DNA of 64,000 nucleotides from Eledone cirrhosa (Eukaryota), in assembly GCA_964016885.1 (NCBI GenBank), contig OZ024761.1, positions 13,640,001-13,704,000 of the forward strand, in the 5' to 3' direction. This document shows, one piece after another, positions 13,901-27,316 of this stretch. Numbering within the stretch: the stretch's first letter is position 1; every line of letters starts with the position of its first letter. The translations under genes were made by a program, and so were the position numbers. The notes under the pieces are model-generated. The model was not told the DNA's origin. It was given only the letters and a program-made list of their open reading frames with translations, and did no database searches.

Positions 13901-15890
13901 TTACTCTATATATACTATTGTATTTTTGTGGTAAAGGCTTTACCTCACTTAATTATCTCACATAACATTTACATTACTCTATATATACTATTGTATTTTT
14001 GTGGTAAAGGCTTTACCTCACTTAATTATCTCACATAACATTTACATTACTCTATATATACTATTGTATTTTTGTGGTAAAGGCTTTACCTCACATAACA
14101 TTTACATTACTCTATATATACTATTGTATTTTTGTGGTAAAGGCTTTACCTCACATAACATTTACATTACTCTATATATACTATTGTATTTTTGTGGTAA
14201 AGGCTTTACCTCACATAACATTTACATTACTCTATATATACTATTGTATTTTTGTGGTAAAGGCTTTACCTCACATAACATTTACATTACTCTATATATA
14301 CTATTGTATTTTTGTGGTAAAGGCTTTACCTCACATAATATCTCACATAACATTTACATTACTCTATATATACTATTGTATTTTTGTGGTAAAGGCTTTA
14401 CCTCACATAACATTTACATTACTCTATATATACTATTGTATTTTTGTGGTAAAGGCTTTACCTCACATAATATCTCACATAACATTTACATTACTCTATA
14501 TATACTATTGTATTTTTGTGGTAAAGGCTTTACCTCACATAATATCTCACATAACATTTACATTACTCTATATATACTATTGTATTTTTGTGGTAAAGGC
14601 TTTACCTCACATAACATTTACATTACTCTATATATACTATTGTATTTTTGTGGTAAAGGCTTTACCTCACATAACATTTACATTACTCTATATATACTAT
14701 TGTATTTTTGTGGTAAAGGCTTTACCTCACATAACATTTACATTACTCTATATATACTATTGTATTTTTGTGGTAAAGGCTTTACCTCACATAATATCTC
14801 ACATAACATTTACATTACTCTATATATACTATTGTATTTTTGTGGTAAAGGCTTTACCTCACACAACATTTACATTACTCTATATATACTATTGTATTTT
14901 TGTGGTAAAGGCTTTACCTCACATAATATCTCACATAACATTTACATTACTCTATATATACTATTGTATTTTTGTGGTAAAGGCTTTACCTCACATAACA
15001 TTTACATTACTCTATATATACTATTGTATTTTCACAGTAAAGGCTTTACCTAACATAATATCTCACATAACATTTACATTACTCTATATATACTATTGTA
15101 TTTTCACAGTAAAGGCTTTACCTCACATAATATCTCACATAACATTTACATTACTCTATATATACTATTGTATTTTCACAGTAAAGGCTTTACCTCACAT
15201 AATATCTCACATAACATTTACATTACTCTATATATACTATTGTATTTTCACAGTAAAGGCTTTATCTCACATAATATCTCACATAACATTTACATTACTC
15301 TATATATACTATTGTATTTTCACAGTAAAGGCTTTACCTCACATAATATCTCACATAACATTTACATTACTCTATATATACTATTGTATTTTCACAGTAA
15401 AGGCTTTACCTCACATAATATCTCACATAACATTTACATTACTCTATATATACTATTGTATTTTCACAGTAAAGGCTTTACCTCACATAATATCTCACAT
15501 AACATTTACATTACTCTATATATACTATTATATTTTCACAGTAAAGGCTTTATCTCACATAATATCTCACATAACATTTACATTACTCTATATATACTAT
15601 TGTATTTTCACAGTAAAGGCTTTACCTCACATAATATCTCACATAACATTTACATTACTCTATATATACTATTGTATTTTCACAGTAAAGGCTTTACCTC
15701 ACATAATATCTCACATAACATTTACATTACTCTATATATACTATTGTATTTTCACAGTAAAGGCTTTATCTCACATAATATCGAATCTATGGGATTTTGA
15801 TATCATTTATTTTTGAGAACATTACCTTAACATCAGTATGAGTGGCCAGTTATAGTTGGTTTAAACAGAAAGAGGTGAGAGAATTCTGGC
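10978..15890 (+). repeat. ~4.8 kb 60/71/73-bp satellite inside a MITE copy
   Basis: Unit cataacatttacattactctatatatactattgtatttttgtggtaaaggctttacctca, with MITE sequence on both sides. Confidence 0.95.
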
Positions 15891-16451
15891 CTATATATAT
15901 ATATATATAGGCAGATGAAATCAAGAGGGTGAAAAAGAAGGAGAGAGAGAGAACAGGAAGATGAGGGAGGGGAAGAGAGAGCGGGGGAGGGGATATGTGC
16001 ACATATTAGCAAGAAGCAGCCATGCACAGCCACATACATCATACACAGCCACACACACCATACACACACACAGCCACACACACCATACACACACATACCC
16101 ACATCATATGCACACACAGCCACACACCACACACACACACACACAGCCACACACCATACACACACATATTGAGCCATGCACAGCGTTAGACACACACACA
16201 CACACATTCTCACATAGAGCGATGCAGAGCACCAGACACACACACAATCTCACACAGAGCCATACACAGCACCAGACACACACACAATCTCACACAGAGC
16301 CATACACAGCACCAGACACACACACAATCTCACACAGAGCCATACACAGCACCAGACACACACACATTCTCACATAGAGCCATGCAGAGAAGCATCACAC
16401 ACACACACTCACACAGACACACACACAAGCAGAAACCTGTACACGCCTCAC

Positions 16452-16505
16452 CTCCGTAAACGACACAATTGATGTGGGAGTCATTTCACGGCGAATTATC
16501 CGAGA
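16452..16505 (-). CDS. Candidate GIT cassette exon SRIIRREMTPTSIVSFTE
   Basis: Pyrimidine tract + cag, GAG|gtgagg donor, 54 nt, phase 0-0, no stop. Unique sequence between repeats. No homology recognised. Confidence 0.6.
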
Positions 16506-17362
16506 CTGATGAGGAATGGAACAAAACAAAACAGAAATTAAATCAAATCAAATTTAAAATAAAAATAAAAATAATAGTTTTTTTTAAATATGCAAAAATA
16601 AAAAAAAAGTTTTTAAAAAATAATAATTTCATAAAACCGAAACAAATTTTTTTTTATATATAAAACAGAAAAAAATTTCATAAAACAGAGAAACAAAAAC
16701 TATAAAACGGAAACAAGTTTTTACAAAACAGAAACAAAATCTTCATAAAGCAAACATAAATATAAAATATATTTATGTATTTAACCACTATCATTGGTAT
16801 TTTATTCACATTCTGGGGCCTGAGGAATAGTGGTGAAAAGGAGGAAGTGGGGGGATGAATCAGGCATCGGTAGATCTTTACAAATTTCTAAACACCACTA
16901 CTGGCTCTTGGAAGGTTAAGCAAGAAATAAGGGTTACGAGAGAACTCGTCCATGGATCTCAGGAATTTTACCTGCCCTATATATATATATATATAGGAAC
17001 CAGTAAGACCCCGACAGCTGAGCTCCAGAATTAGCCGTCGAAACGGCTTGAGCTCAGCTGTCGGGGTCTTACTGGTTCCTATTACCCACTCTACTACCTC
17101 AAGTATTGAGTACTTTGGTGCGTTATGGTCCACCTGGTTCCTTACCACATTTCCTTTGTTATATATATATATATATATATATATAAACAGAAGAGATATT
17201 CAATTTGTTGGTAATTCAACAAATATAAATATATATTTTGGCTATGTCGAAATTTATAAAACAAACTTTGTATTTTATCTGATGAGAGCGTACAAAAGTT
17301 TTTAAAAATATATATATAGATTAAATATGGTTTTATAAATATTGTTTCCATTTATTTAATAT

Positions 17363-17425
<63 letters not shown>

Positions 17426-17468
17426 ATGATATTAAATAAATGGAAACAATATTTATAAAACCATATTT

Positions 17469-17509
<41 letters not shown>

Positions 17510-17512
<3 letters not shown>

Positions 17513-17974
17513 ATAACAAGTTATCGTTTTAGGTAATCCAGTTAGAGGTTGTGAGTACTCTGTACTATGGATAGTTTTAATGTACGGCGTTGTTTGACTC
17601 AACAAGAGGTTTCCTTAGTTAGGTGGCGAGTTTACGAGAATTCTCATGTAGGTTGTTCTTGGAGTAATAGTAGTGAAAGAGTGAAGAATAACATGGTCGG
17701 CTGTACAAAAAGAGTTTTATTTACAGTATTAACAATTGTTTCATTGATCAGGTGAGTCTAAAGGCCGCTAATCACTCGCCCTTAAATATAGTGTGTGTCT
17801 CTGATCATCGGAATAAGTATTCCGATGATCCGAGACACACACTGTATTTAAGGACGAGTGACGCAATTTCTAGTGATTAGCGGCCTTTAGACTGACCTGA
17901 TCAATGAAACAATTGTTAATACTGTAAATAAAAAAACTCTTTTTGTACAGCCAACTATGTTATTCTTCACTCTT

Positions 17975-17980
<6 letters not shown>
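17510..17980. mobile_element. Penelope-like terminal fragment with internal inverted duplication; second copy in opposite orientation at 63540-63890
   Basis: Flanked by (TA)n. 17669-17820 is inverted at 17822-17980, and it is highly similar to 63540-63890. Confidence 0.5.
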
Positions 17981-18025
<45 letters not shown>

Positions 18026-18403
18026 TTAACTGAATACATATATGTGTTTTCTCAAAAAAAAAGTTTCCCTTTCTTTCTAATTCATCTTTTATTCCTCATT
18101 CTATCTTCTGATGAAGGACTAGAGTCTAAAACGTTAAGACTCTTTTCCTACTATATCAAGCATTAAACTACTTTAGTAAACCCTATTTTGGGTTACCTCT
18201 ACTTTATTAAGTAAACCCTATTTTGCTACTGGCAACTAATTACTCAAAATAGGGGTTACTGATAGTTCCCGGCAAATCACTATATAAAATGGGGGTTACT
18301 GACAACAACTGGCAGATCACTATACAGAATAGGAGTTACTGATAATTCTTGGTAAATCACAATAGAAAATAAAGGTTACTGACAACTCCCAGCAACTCAC
18401 TAT

Positions 18404-18448
<45 letters not shown>

Positions 18449-18479
18449 TATATATACACACACACATATATAAACTTAC

Positions 18480-18658
18480 ATCTGCTGGTCGGTCTTTTTT
18501 CCCTTCTTCTTTGGCACTTTTGATGCTCTGGGTGTCTATGCTGCTGTAGTCTTCATCGGAAGCTACGCTGTCATACAATGGCTCATCATCACTGGAAACT
18601 TGGCTGTAAACCCTTGAGCCCTTCGTTGGGGCTGTCATTAGCCCAGAAGAACGACCAC
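18480..18658 (-). CDS. GIT: GIT exon: GRSSGLMTAPTKGSRVYSQVSSDDEPLYDSVASDEDYSSIDTQSIKSAKEEGKKDRPAD
   Basis: tttcag/gtaagt, 179 nt restores phase 0, conserved YDSVASDED motif. Confidence 0.93.
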
Positions 18659-18959
18659 CTGAAAGAGGGGAGATGAAACAGATCAGCCAACGACAAGCAT
18701 TTTAGCCTGTTCGTTGATATAATCAAAGACACTGCCTACGATTTTCAAGAAATTTTGAAAATAATCATAAAATTTGGAAATACAGGTTGTTTCAAAACAT
18801 TAGATATCACTTATGTCATTGGCCTGTTCCCAAGGTTGTCCCATTAAGATATACATTATGAATTAGTGTTATAATGTTGACAAATTTTTAGGAATAATTC
18901 TTATGCTCTTCAACATTGAGCCTGGTTAGTTTCATTGTCCTAGAATTCATAGTTTCTGG

Positions 18960-19228
18960 GATATCTATCTCTCTGGGGCGGGGAAAATTCCCGAGATCCA
19001 TGGACCAGTTCTCTCCAGCAGTCTCTGTCCCTCATCATAGTTTCCATGTCCTGCGTCTCCAAGAGACCAGTGTATGTCCTTAGGGCATCAACATATGTCA
19101 ACCTTGGTCTTCCTCTTCCAGTGTATCCATGCGGAGGATACCACAGGAGCACTGAGTGTAGTGTCAACTCTGGATGTCGGTGAGCATGTCCAGCTAACCT
19201 CAGTCTCCTCTGTGCTACTTTTGAGCTG
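18960..19228 (-). mobile_element. RTE/RTEX-like LINE C-terminal remnant
   Basis: RRLRLAGHAHRH...RGRPRLTYVD...DRDCWR. Confidence 0.75.
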
Positions 19229-19673
19229 GGATATTTACATCTAAAATGATATCTAATTTTCTGAAACACCCTGTATATTCATTTGTTGGGGGTGATGTTG
19301 TTGCCTAAAACATTAACCCCAGCCAGTTTCTTTGTCCTAGACTTTGTATTATCAGATATTTACATCTCAATGATATCTAATTTTCTGAAACACCCTGTAA
19401 TCGCAGCACTTCTTAAGTATGTAGCATACACCTTTCCTTTCAATTTCAGCTACACTTCCCTCCTCATTAGCCCACCACTCAGTCCCAGAACTTCCTAGCT
19501 ATGTCTATCTTAGCCATCCACCATCTCCGAGTCCGCCAATCTACCCTTCTCCATTTAATATGTCTCCTAGGTAACAAAAAAAGTATTAACCTATCTTTGC
19601 ACATTGAGAAATGGGTGTCTGAAATATCAACCCCCAAAACACAAAAACAAACAAACAAATAAACAAGACTTAC

Positions 19674-19800
19674 TGGGCTCTTTAGGGTTTATAATCATGG
19701 ATGCCGTGGTTCCCATTTGTCTCCTCTTCGCATCACTTAAAATATCAATGATCAGCGTTACAAATTCTCGTGGGTTGAAGCGAGCAAGTTTTTGGCGACC
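19674..19800 (-). CDS. GIT: GIT exon (Spa2 homology repeat 2): GRQKLARFNPREFVTLIIDILSDAKRRQMGTTASMIINPKEP
   Basis: tttag/gtaagt, 127 nt, GRQKLARFN..EF.TL.IDILSDAKRRQ. Confidence 0.96.
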
Positions 19801-20050
19801 CTAAATACACAAAGGATGAGAAATAATGAAAAGCAAAGTTAGTTTTTTTTTTTAGCCCTTCCTTTCGTTACCATATTCCTCATGAAAAACAGTGGCTATT
19901 ATTTTCAAATAATTTTGAAAATAATCAAGAATTTAAAAGGGTTTAAAAATATAACAAAGTTTCTCGTTATTAAGTTGGCGTTTGGAACATATTTTGATGA
20001 GAAGTAAAGTTATAATGGAAGGCTTAGTTATCTCAGATAACTAAAACACT

Positions 20051-20739
20051 TTAACCCTTTAGCATTTACATTACTCTATATCTACTATTGTATTTTCATA
20101 GTAAAGGCTTTTCCTCACATAGCATTTACATTACTCTATATTTACTATTATATTTTCATAGTAAAGGCTTTTCCTCACATAATTATCTCACATAACATTT
20201 ACATTACTCTATATTTACTATTATATTTTCATAGTAAAGGCTTTTCCTCACATAGCATTTACATTACTCTATATTTACTATTATATTTTCATAGTAAAGG
20301 CTTTTCCTCACATAATTATCTCACATAACATTTACATTACTCTATATTTACTATTATATTTTCATAGTAAAGGCTTTTCCTCACATAGCATTTACATTAC
20401 TCTATATTTACTATTATATTTTCATAGTAAAGGCTTTTCCTCACATAATTATCTCACATAACATTTACATTACTCTATATTTACTATTATATTTTCATAG
20501 TAAAGGCTTTTCCTCACATAGCATTTACATTACTCTATATTTACTATTATATTTTCATAGTAAAGGCTTTTCCTCACATAATTATCTCACATAATATCAA
20601 ATCTATGAGATTTTGATATTATATATCTAGAGAACAATTCTTTAACAGTGGTATGAGCAGCCGCTTACAGCTGGTTTGAACAGAAAAAAGGTAAAATAAT
20701 TCTAGCTGGATACAGCCGGTTTAAATGCTAAAGGATTAA
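20051..20739 (+). repeat. MITE with internal tandem expansion (about 8 units)
   Basis: Both TIRs present, alternating 60/73-bp variants. Confidence 0.9.
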
Positions 20740-20821
20740 AAAGATTTGGATGGAAGGTTTTTTTTATATAACACAAAACAAGAAAAAAAAAAGAAAAAAG
20801 GAAACAAATGTGAAGCCTTAC

Positions 20822-20913
20822 TTGGTTTCTTGTAGTGGAAAATTCTGGATTGACTGGCAAAAAGGGTATTGTGACCCCTATTGTGGAACTGTGTTCATTT
20901 GAGGAGACCCAAA
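20822..20913 (-). CDS. GIT: GIT exon: WVSSNEHSSTIGVTIPFLPVNPEFSTTRNQ
   Basis: acag/gtaagg, 92 nt, PFLPVNPExSxTRNQ motif. Confidence 0.95.
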
Positions 20914-21044
20914 CTGTTGACAGAGAAAAGATACAGTAATTAGGGTCGTTAACACACACAAAGAATCAATATTGCCAGCTACTTTTTAACATTTATAGGT
21001 CTATTATTTTGGTACTAGAAACATGGCAGGACCAATTTTATCAA

Positions 21045-21083
<39 letters not shown>

Positions 21084-21496
21084 CAAACCCATGCTAGCGT
21101 GGAAGATAGACGTTAAATAATGATGATGATGATGATGATGATATATATATATCCAAACCCATGCTAGCGTGGAAGATAGACGTTAAACAATGATGATGAT
21201 GATGATGATGATATATATATATCCAAACCCATGCTAGCGTGGAAGATAGACGTTAAACGATGATGATGATGATATCCAGGGAGTGTAACATGAAGTTACT
21301 GTAGGTTCCCCCCCCAGGTGAACACTCAATGTTTAGGTTCACGTCTGTAGCGAGGTGGAGAGCTAGACAGATCTTTTGATTCCAGAGTCGGGCCAGATCG
21401 ATACAGATCGAACCTTGAGCTGATCAATAGCGAAACACGCGTCACCAATCAATAAACGTAATGAAGGCTTAACAAATCGTCCTTGTATTATATATC

Positions 21497-21826
21497 ATTT
21501 CATTTTACGTCCGCTTTTTCCCTGCTTGCAAGAGTGGGACGGGAACTGATGCTGGCTCGATTTCTACAGCTGGGTGCCCTTCCTAACACCAACCTCATTT
21601 ACAGTGAGTGGTGGGTGCTTTTTTGCCGTGGCACCTCCACGACCACTTTGCAATGGAATGATAGGGACCCTAGTCCCTATCATCTCATTTCTACAGCTGA
21701 GTAAACTGGAGCAATGTGAAATAAAGTGTCTTGCTCAAGGAAACAACACATCACCCGGTCTGAGAATTGAACTCACAACCTTTCGATTGCAAGGCCAATG
21801 CTCTAACCACTAAGCCATGTGCCTCC
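21497..21826 (-). mobile_element. SINE family A
   Basis: Same consensus. Confidence 0.85.
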
Positions 21827-22652
21827 AGGAAGTATATATATATATATATATATATACTTTCAGACGTTCAATCATCTGGCAGGAAGGCATACGAAGCTGA
21901 CGATAGCTAATAAGCTTGAAACTAGTACATCGTTCCTGTGTCAATGTTGAACAAAAAGGCAACGATGGTTGCCTGAACACTGTACGGCGTAATTCGGGCT
22001 GTTTGTTTGTTTACAAACAAACAAACCGAGCATTATAATAAATATTTGGTAAACCCATACGTACATATATATATGTGTGCATGTATGTATATATATATAT
22101 ACATACTACTGTACGTCTGTATACATATGTGTATGTACGTATACATACTACATTTAAGTAACTGCCGTACTAAGAGTGAGAAATAAAATTTCGTTTCATT
22201 TTTTTTCATTTATCGTTTTCGGTGTGCCCAGCCGACTAACTCACTCGATATTCAAATTAGGCTGCATAGCCGTTAATATGTATAAGGAAAGTATATACTT
22301 TCAGACGTTCAATCATCTGGCAGGAAGGTATACGATGCTGATGATAGCTAATAAGCTTGAAACTAGTACATCGTTCCTGTGTCAATGTTGAACAAAAAGG
22401 CAACGATGGTTGCCTGAACACTGTACGGCTTAATTCGAGCTGTTTGTTTGTTTACAAACAAACAAACCGAGCATTATAATAAATGTTCGGTGAATCCATA
22501 CGTAAATATATATATGTGTGCATGTATGTATATATATATATACATACTAGTGTACGTCTGTATACATATATGTATGTACGTATACATACATACTTACATT
22601 TAAGTATCAGCCGTACTAAGAGTGAGAAATGAAATTTCGTTTCATTTTTTTT

Positions 22653-22700
<48 letters not shown>

Positions 22701-23146
22701 TAGTATATATAAACCGATAGAACAAATATTTATTATTAGTACAGATAAAAGTTTAAGCAAAGAATTTCTGCTGTCATGTGTACATGTATATATATATATA
22801 TGGATATGTGTGTATATATGTATATGTATGTATACATGTGTGTATATGTGTATGTGTACTGCTGTCATTGTGTGTAAGATATATAGAATCCTATGATAGA
22901 CTGCTGTCTTGTACTCTCATTTGCTTAACACCAATCAAACCCAACACATAAGCTCCCTTACGAGTCCCTAGACTTCACACCAATAAAACCCACGTAATAA
23001 GCTCCCTCTTATGAGTCCCTAGACTTGGGTTAGACATTAACTTTAACACTATAAAATGACAGTAGAAAATGGTGATGGTGGTGATGATGATCATGATGAT
23101 AATAATGGTGATGATGATGATGATAATGGTGATGGTGACAATGACA

Positions 23147-23193
<47 letters not shown>

Positions 23194-23213
23194 AATAATA
23201 ATAATATACAAAC

Positions 23214-23286
23214 TATCATCATTCTCCCTTCGGTCAACTTCATCGTAGACGTCCATGGCAAGTTCTTCAAACAGATTGTTGGGAAG
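23214..23286 (-). CDS. GIT: GIT exon (Spa2 homology repeat 1): LPNNLFEELAMDVYDEVDRRENDD
   Basis: ctcag/gtttgt, 73 nt, SHD signature FEELAMDVYDEVDRRE. Confidence 0.96.
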
Positions 23287-23440
23287 CTGAGAAAGAGAGA
23301 GTGAGTATTTCAGTAGAGGGTTAGGTCTAGTGATATGATGTACTGTGATGTGGTGTTGGGGGTGGTGGTAGTCCTCCCCAACTCTGTTCTGAGATTTAAA
23401 AAAAAAAAAAAAATAAGATTCAAATTAGGATGATACTCAC

Positions 23441-23492
23441 AGCTTGTAACATTTTCTTGGCCTCCTTTGCTAGCTCGGAAATATCCAGACTG
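23441..23492 (-). CDS. GIT: GIT exon: SLDISELAKEAKKMLQA
   Basis: gcagCAG (NAGNAG) acceptor, gtgagt donor, 52 nt, matches SLDLSELAKAAKKKLQ. Confidence 0.93.
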
Positions 23493-23552
23493 CTGCAATG
23501 AAGAAATTAATGGACACAAGGTTAAAATTACACGGGAGAATTAGAGAAAATC

Positions 23553-24575
23553 ATGGTGGTTGTGTAGGTGTCATGACAAAAAGTACCCAGCCCACACTGT
23601 AATGTGGTTGTGTAGGTGTCATGACAACAAGTACCTAGCCCACACTGTAAAGTAGTTGTGTAGGTGTCATGACAAAAAGCACCCAGCCCACACTGTAAAG
23701 TGGTTGTGTAGATGTCATAACAAAAAGCACCCAGCCCACCCTGTTAGGTGGTTGTGTAGGTGTCATGACAAAAAGCACCCAGCCCACACTGTAAAGTGGT
23801 TGTGTAGGTGTCATGACAAAAAGCACCCAGCCCACCCTGTTAGGTGGTTGTGTAGGTGTCATGACAAAAAGCACCCAGCCCACACTGTAAAGTGGTTGTG
23901 TAGGTGTCATGACAAAAAGCACCCAGCCCACCCTGTAAAGTGGTTGTGTAGGTGTCATGACAAAAAGCACCCAGCCCACCCTGTTAGGTGGTTGTGTAGG
24001 TATCATGACAAAAAGCACCTAGCACACACTGTAAAGTGGTTGTGTAGGTGTCACAACAAAAAGCACCCAGCACACACTGTAAAGTGGTTGTGTAGGTGTC
24101 ACGACAAAAAGCACCCAGCACACACTGTAATGTGGTTGTGTAGTTGTCATGACAAAAAGCATCCAGCCCACCCTGTTAGGTGGATGTGTAGGTGTCATGA
24201 CAAAAAGCATCCAGCCCACACTGTAATGTGGTTGTGTAGGTGTCATGACAAAAAGCATCCAGCCCACCCTGTTACGTGGATGTGTAGGTGTCATGACAAA
24301 AAGCATCCAGCCCACACTGTAATGTGGTTGTGTAGGTGTCATGACAAAAAGCATCCAGCCCACACTGTAATGTGGTTGTGTAGGTGTCATGACAAAAAGC
24401 ATCCAGCCCACCCTGTTAGGTGGATGTGTAGGTGTCATGACAAAAAGCATCCAGCCCACACTGTAATGTGGTTGTGTAGGTGTCATGACAACAAGTACCT
24501 AGCCCACACTGTAATGTGGTTGTGTAGGTGTCATGACAAAAAGCATCCAGCCCACACTGTAATGTGGTTGGTGTT
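23553..24575. repeat. 48-bp minisatellite derived from the SINE A/RTE 3' UTR segment
   Basis: Unit caaaaagcacccagcccacactgtaaagtggttgtgtaggtgtcatga matches 5960-6010. The array runs into the RTE-type tail (gtgttggg; 24760-24890). Confidence 0.9.
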
Positions 24576-24708
24576 GGGAAATTTTTTCTTTTATATCCCG
24601 ATGGTTCGTTATAACAGAATTTTACTGTATAATATTTTAGACAAGTTGATAACTCAACCTACTTTATATATATATACATACATATATGTATGTATGTATA
24701 TATACACA

Positions 24709-24758
<50 letters not shown>

Positions 24759-24895
24759 GCATCCAGCCGTAGAAAACCAGCCAGAAACTGTCCTATATGA
24801 GCGAGACATGGTCACCCAACCTAACTTGCCTCCAAATGGGACAAACCCATGCTAGCATGGAAGATAGATGTTAAACAATGATGACGATGATGATA

Positions 24896-24935
<40 letters not shown>

Positions 24936-25231
24936 TCACACACACTCATTTATCAAGGTCATATATCACAACTATATAATAATACACAGTAGTAATGGAA
25001 TAGTTCCAAATCCATGCATAGAAAAGTATTTCCTATGAGAACATGCTGTGGGCATATTTCGACAGAATCTCACATCAACATCAAGAACAACAACAACATA
25101 TGTAAACCCTTGTAAGATAACTCACTTCACAACACACATTGGCAGGGGAGGGGTGGATGCATGGCAAAAGGAGACAGTTATGGAAGAGGGTTTCAAAAGT
25201 CATGCAAAAAGATATCCCACCCCTTGAAACT

Positions 25232-25272
<41 letters not shown>

Positions 25273-25405
25273 GATCATCATCATCATCATCATCATATGT
25301 TTACTGTTCCACACAGTCCATCTCATAGAGAGTGAGTATAAACATGGACATGTGTACCAATATTCATGCATATTAGTCTATGTGTGTGAATGTACACACA
25401 GATTA

Positions 25406-25446
<41 letters not shown>

Positions 25447-25586
25447 CATTCAGACACTTAATGAAAATACATCTAAATCCACATACATGCTACTTTATAT
25501 ATACATATATATATATATACATATATATATATACATATACATATATATACATATATGAATATAAATATATATACATATACATATAT

Positions 25587-25659
<73 letters not shown>

Positions 25660-25677
25660 CATATATGAATATATACA

Positions 25678-25719
<42 letters not shown>

Positions 25720-25924
25720 CATATATATACATATATATATATACATATATGAATATAAATATATATATACATGTATATATATACATATATACATATACAT
25801 ATACATATATAGATATAAATATATATACATATATATATATATACACATATATATATATGAATATAAATACATATACATATATATATATATTTATGCTAAC
25901 ATTATATATATATATATATATAGA

Positions 25925-26116
25925 GGGTGGTGGATTGGCAGTATTGGTAGAGGGTCAGACGCCATGCTTTGACGCATAGAGTTACGGCCCTTGCCATTCT
26001 GAGTTCAAATCCTGCCAAGGTTAACTTTGCCTTTCATCCTTACGGAGTCGATAAAATAAAGTACCAGTAATTACAGTGGGTAATTGCTGGCCTTGTGCCA
26101 AAAGTAGAAACAATTA
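25925..26116 (+). mobile_element. tRNA-derived SINE family B (Meta-domain-like core gcctttcatccttacggggtcgataaaataaagtacc); other copies at ~28530-28655, 35920-36106 (-), 47985-48110, 50335-50460, 56338-56520
   Basis: A/B boxes (tggcagtattgg; gagttcaaatcc) plus a conserved core seen in six or more copies. Confidence 0.8.
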
Positions 26117-26209
26117 TATATATATATATATGTTATAATGTTATATATATAACGGTGTGGTCATGAACAGAGATACTATAACATAGCTTACAAAATAGGG
26201 TGAAAGCCC

Positions 26210-27316
26210 TTAACCCTTTAGCATTTACATTACTCTATATATACTATTGTATTTTCACAGTAAAGGCTTTACCTCACATAATATCTCGCATAACATTTAC
26301 ATTACTCTATATATACTATTGTATTTTCACAGTAAAGGCTTTACCTCACATAATATCTCGCATAACATTTACATTACTCTATATATACTATTGTATTTTC
26401 ACAGTAAAGGCTTTACCTCACATAATATCTCACATAACATTTACATTACTCTATATATACTATTGTATTTTCACAGTAAAGACTTTATCTCACATAACAT
26501 TTACATTACTCTATATATACTATTGTATTTTCACAGTAAAGGCTTTACCTCACATAATATCTCACATAACATTTACATTACTCTATATATACTATTGTAT
26601 TTTCACAGTAAAGACTTTATCTCACATAATATCTCACATAACATTTACATTACTCTATATATATACTATTGTATTTTCACAGTAAAGGCTTTACCTCACA
26701 TAATATCTCACATAACATTTACATTACTCTATATATACTATTGTATTTTCACAGTAAAGACTTTATCTCACATAATATCTCACATAACATTTACATTACT
26801 CTATATATACTATTGTATTTTCACAGTAAAGACTTTATCTCACATAATATCTCACATAACATTTACATTACTCTATATTTACTATTGTATTTTCACAGTA
26901 AAGGTTTTACCTCACATATCTCACATAACATTTACATTACTCTATATATACTATTGTATTTTCACAGTAAAGGCTTTACCTCACATAATATCTCACATAA
27001 CATTTACTATACTCTATATATACTATTGTATTTTCATGGTAAAGGCTTTATCTCACATAATATCGAATTTATGAGATTTTGATATTATTTATTTTGAGAA
27101 CAACACCTTAACCTTTAGCACGGTAGAAATTTTTATGAATTGTTTCCCTTGACAGTGCATAATGTATCAAGGGGAGATTACTCTATTTGCAATATAATGC
27201 ACCTGTAGCGTCCAGAAGGTTAACGTCAGTATGAGCAACTGGTTCTGGCCAGTTTGAACAGAAAGAGGTGAGAGAATTCTGGCCTGCTATGGACGGTATG
27301 AATGCTAAAGGGTTAA
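26210..27316 (+). repeat. MITE with internal tandem expansion (about 12 units) and nested TTAA insertion at 27108-27223
   Basis: Both TIRs present, mostly 71-bp units. Confidence 0.9.

Noticed and set aside
11018-15816. Long ORFs (260-580 aa) in the 60-bp array
   Set aside because: Artefacts of a stop-free tandem unit derived from a MITE.
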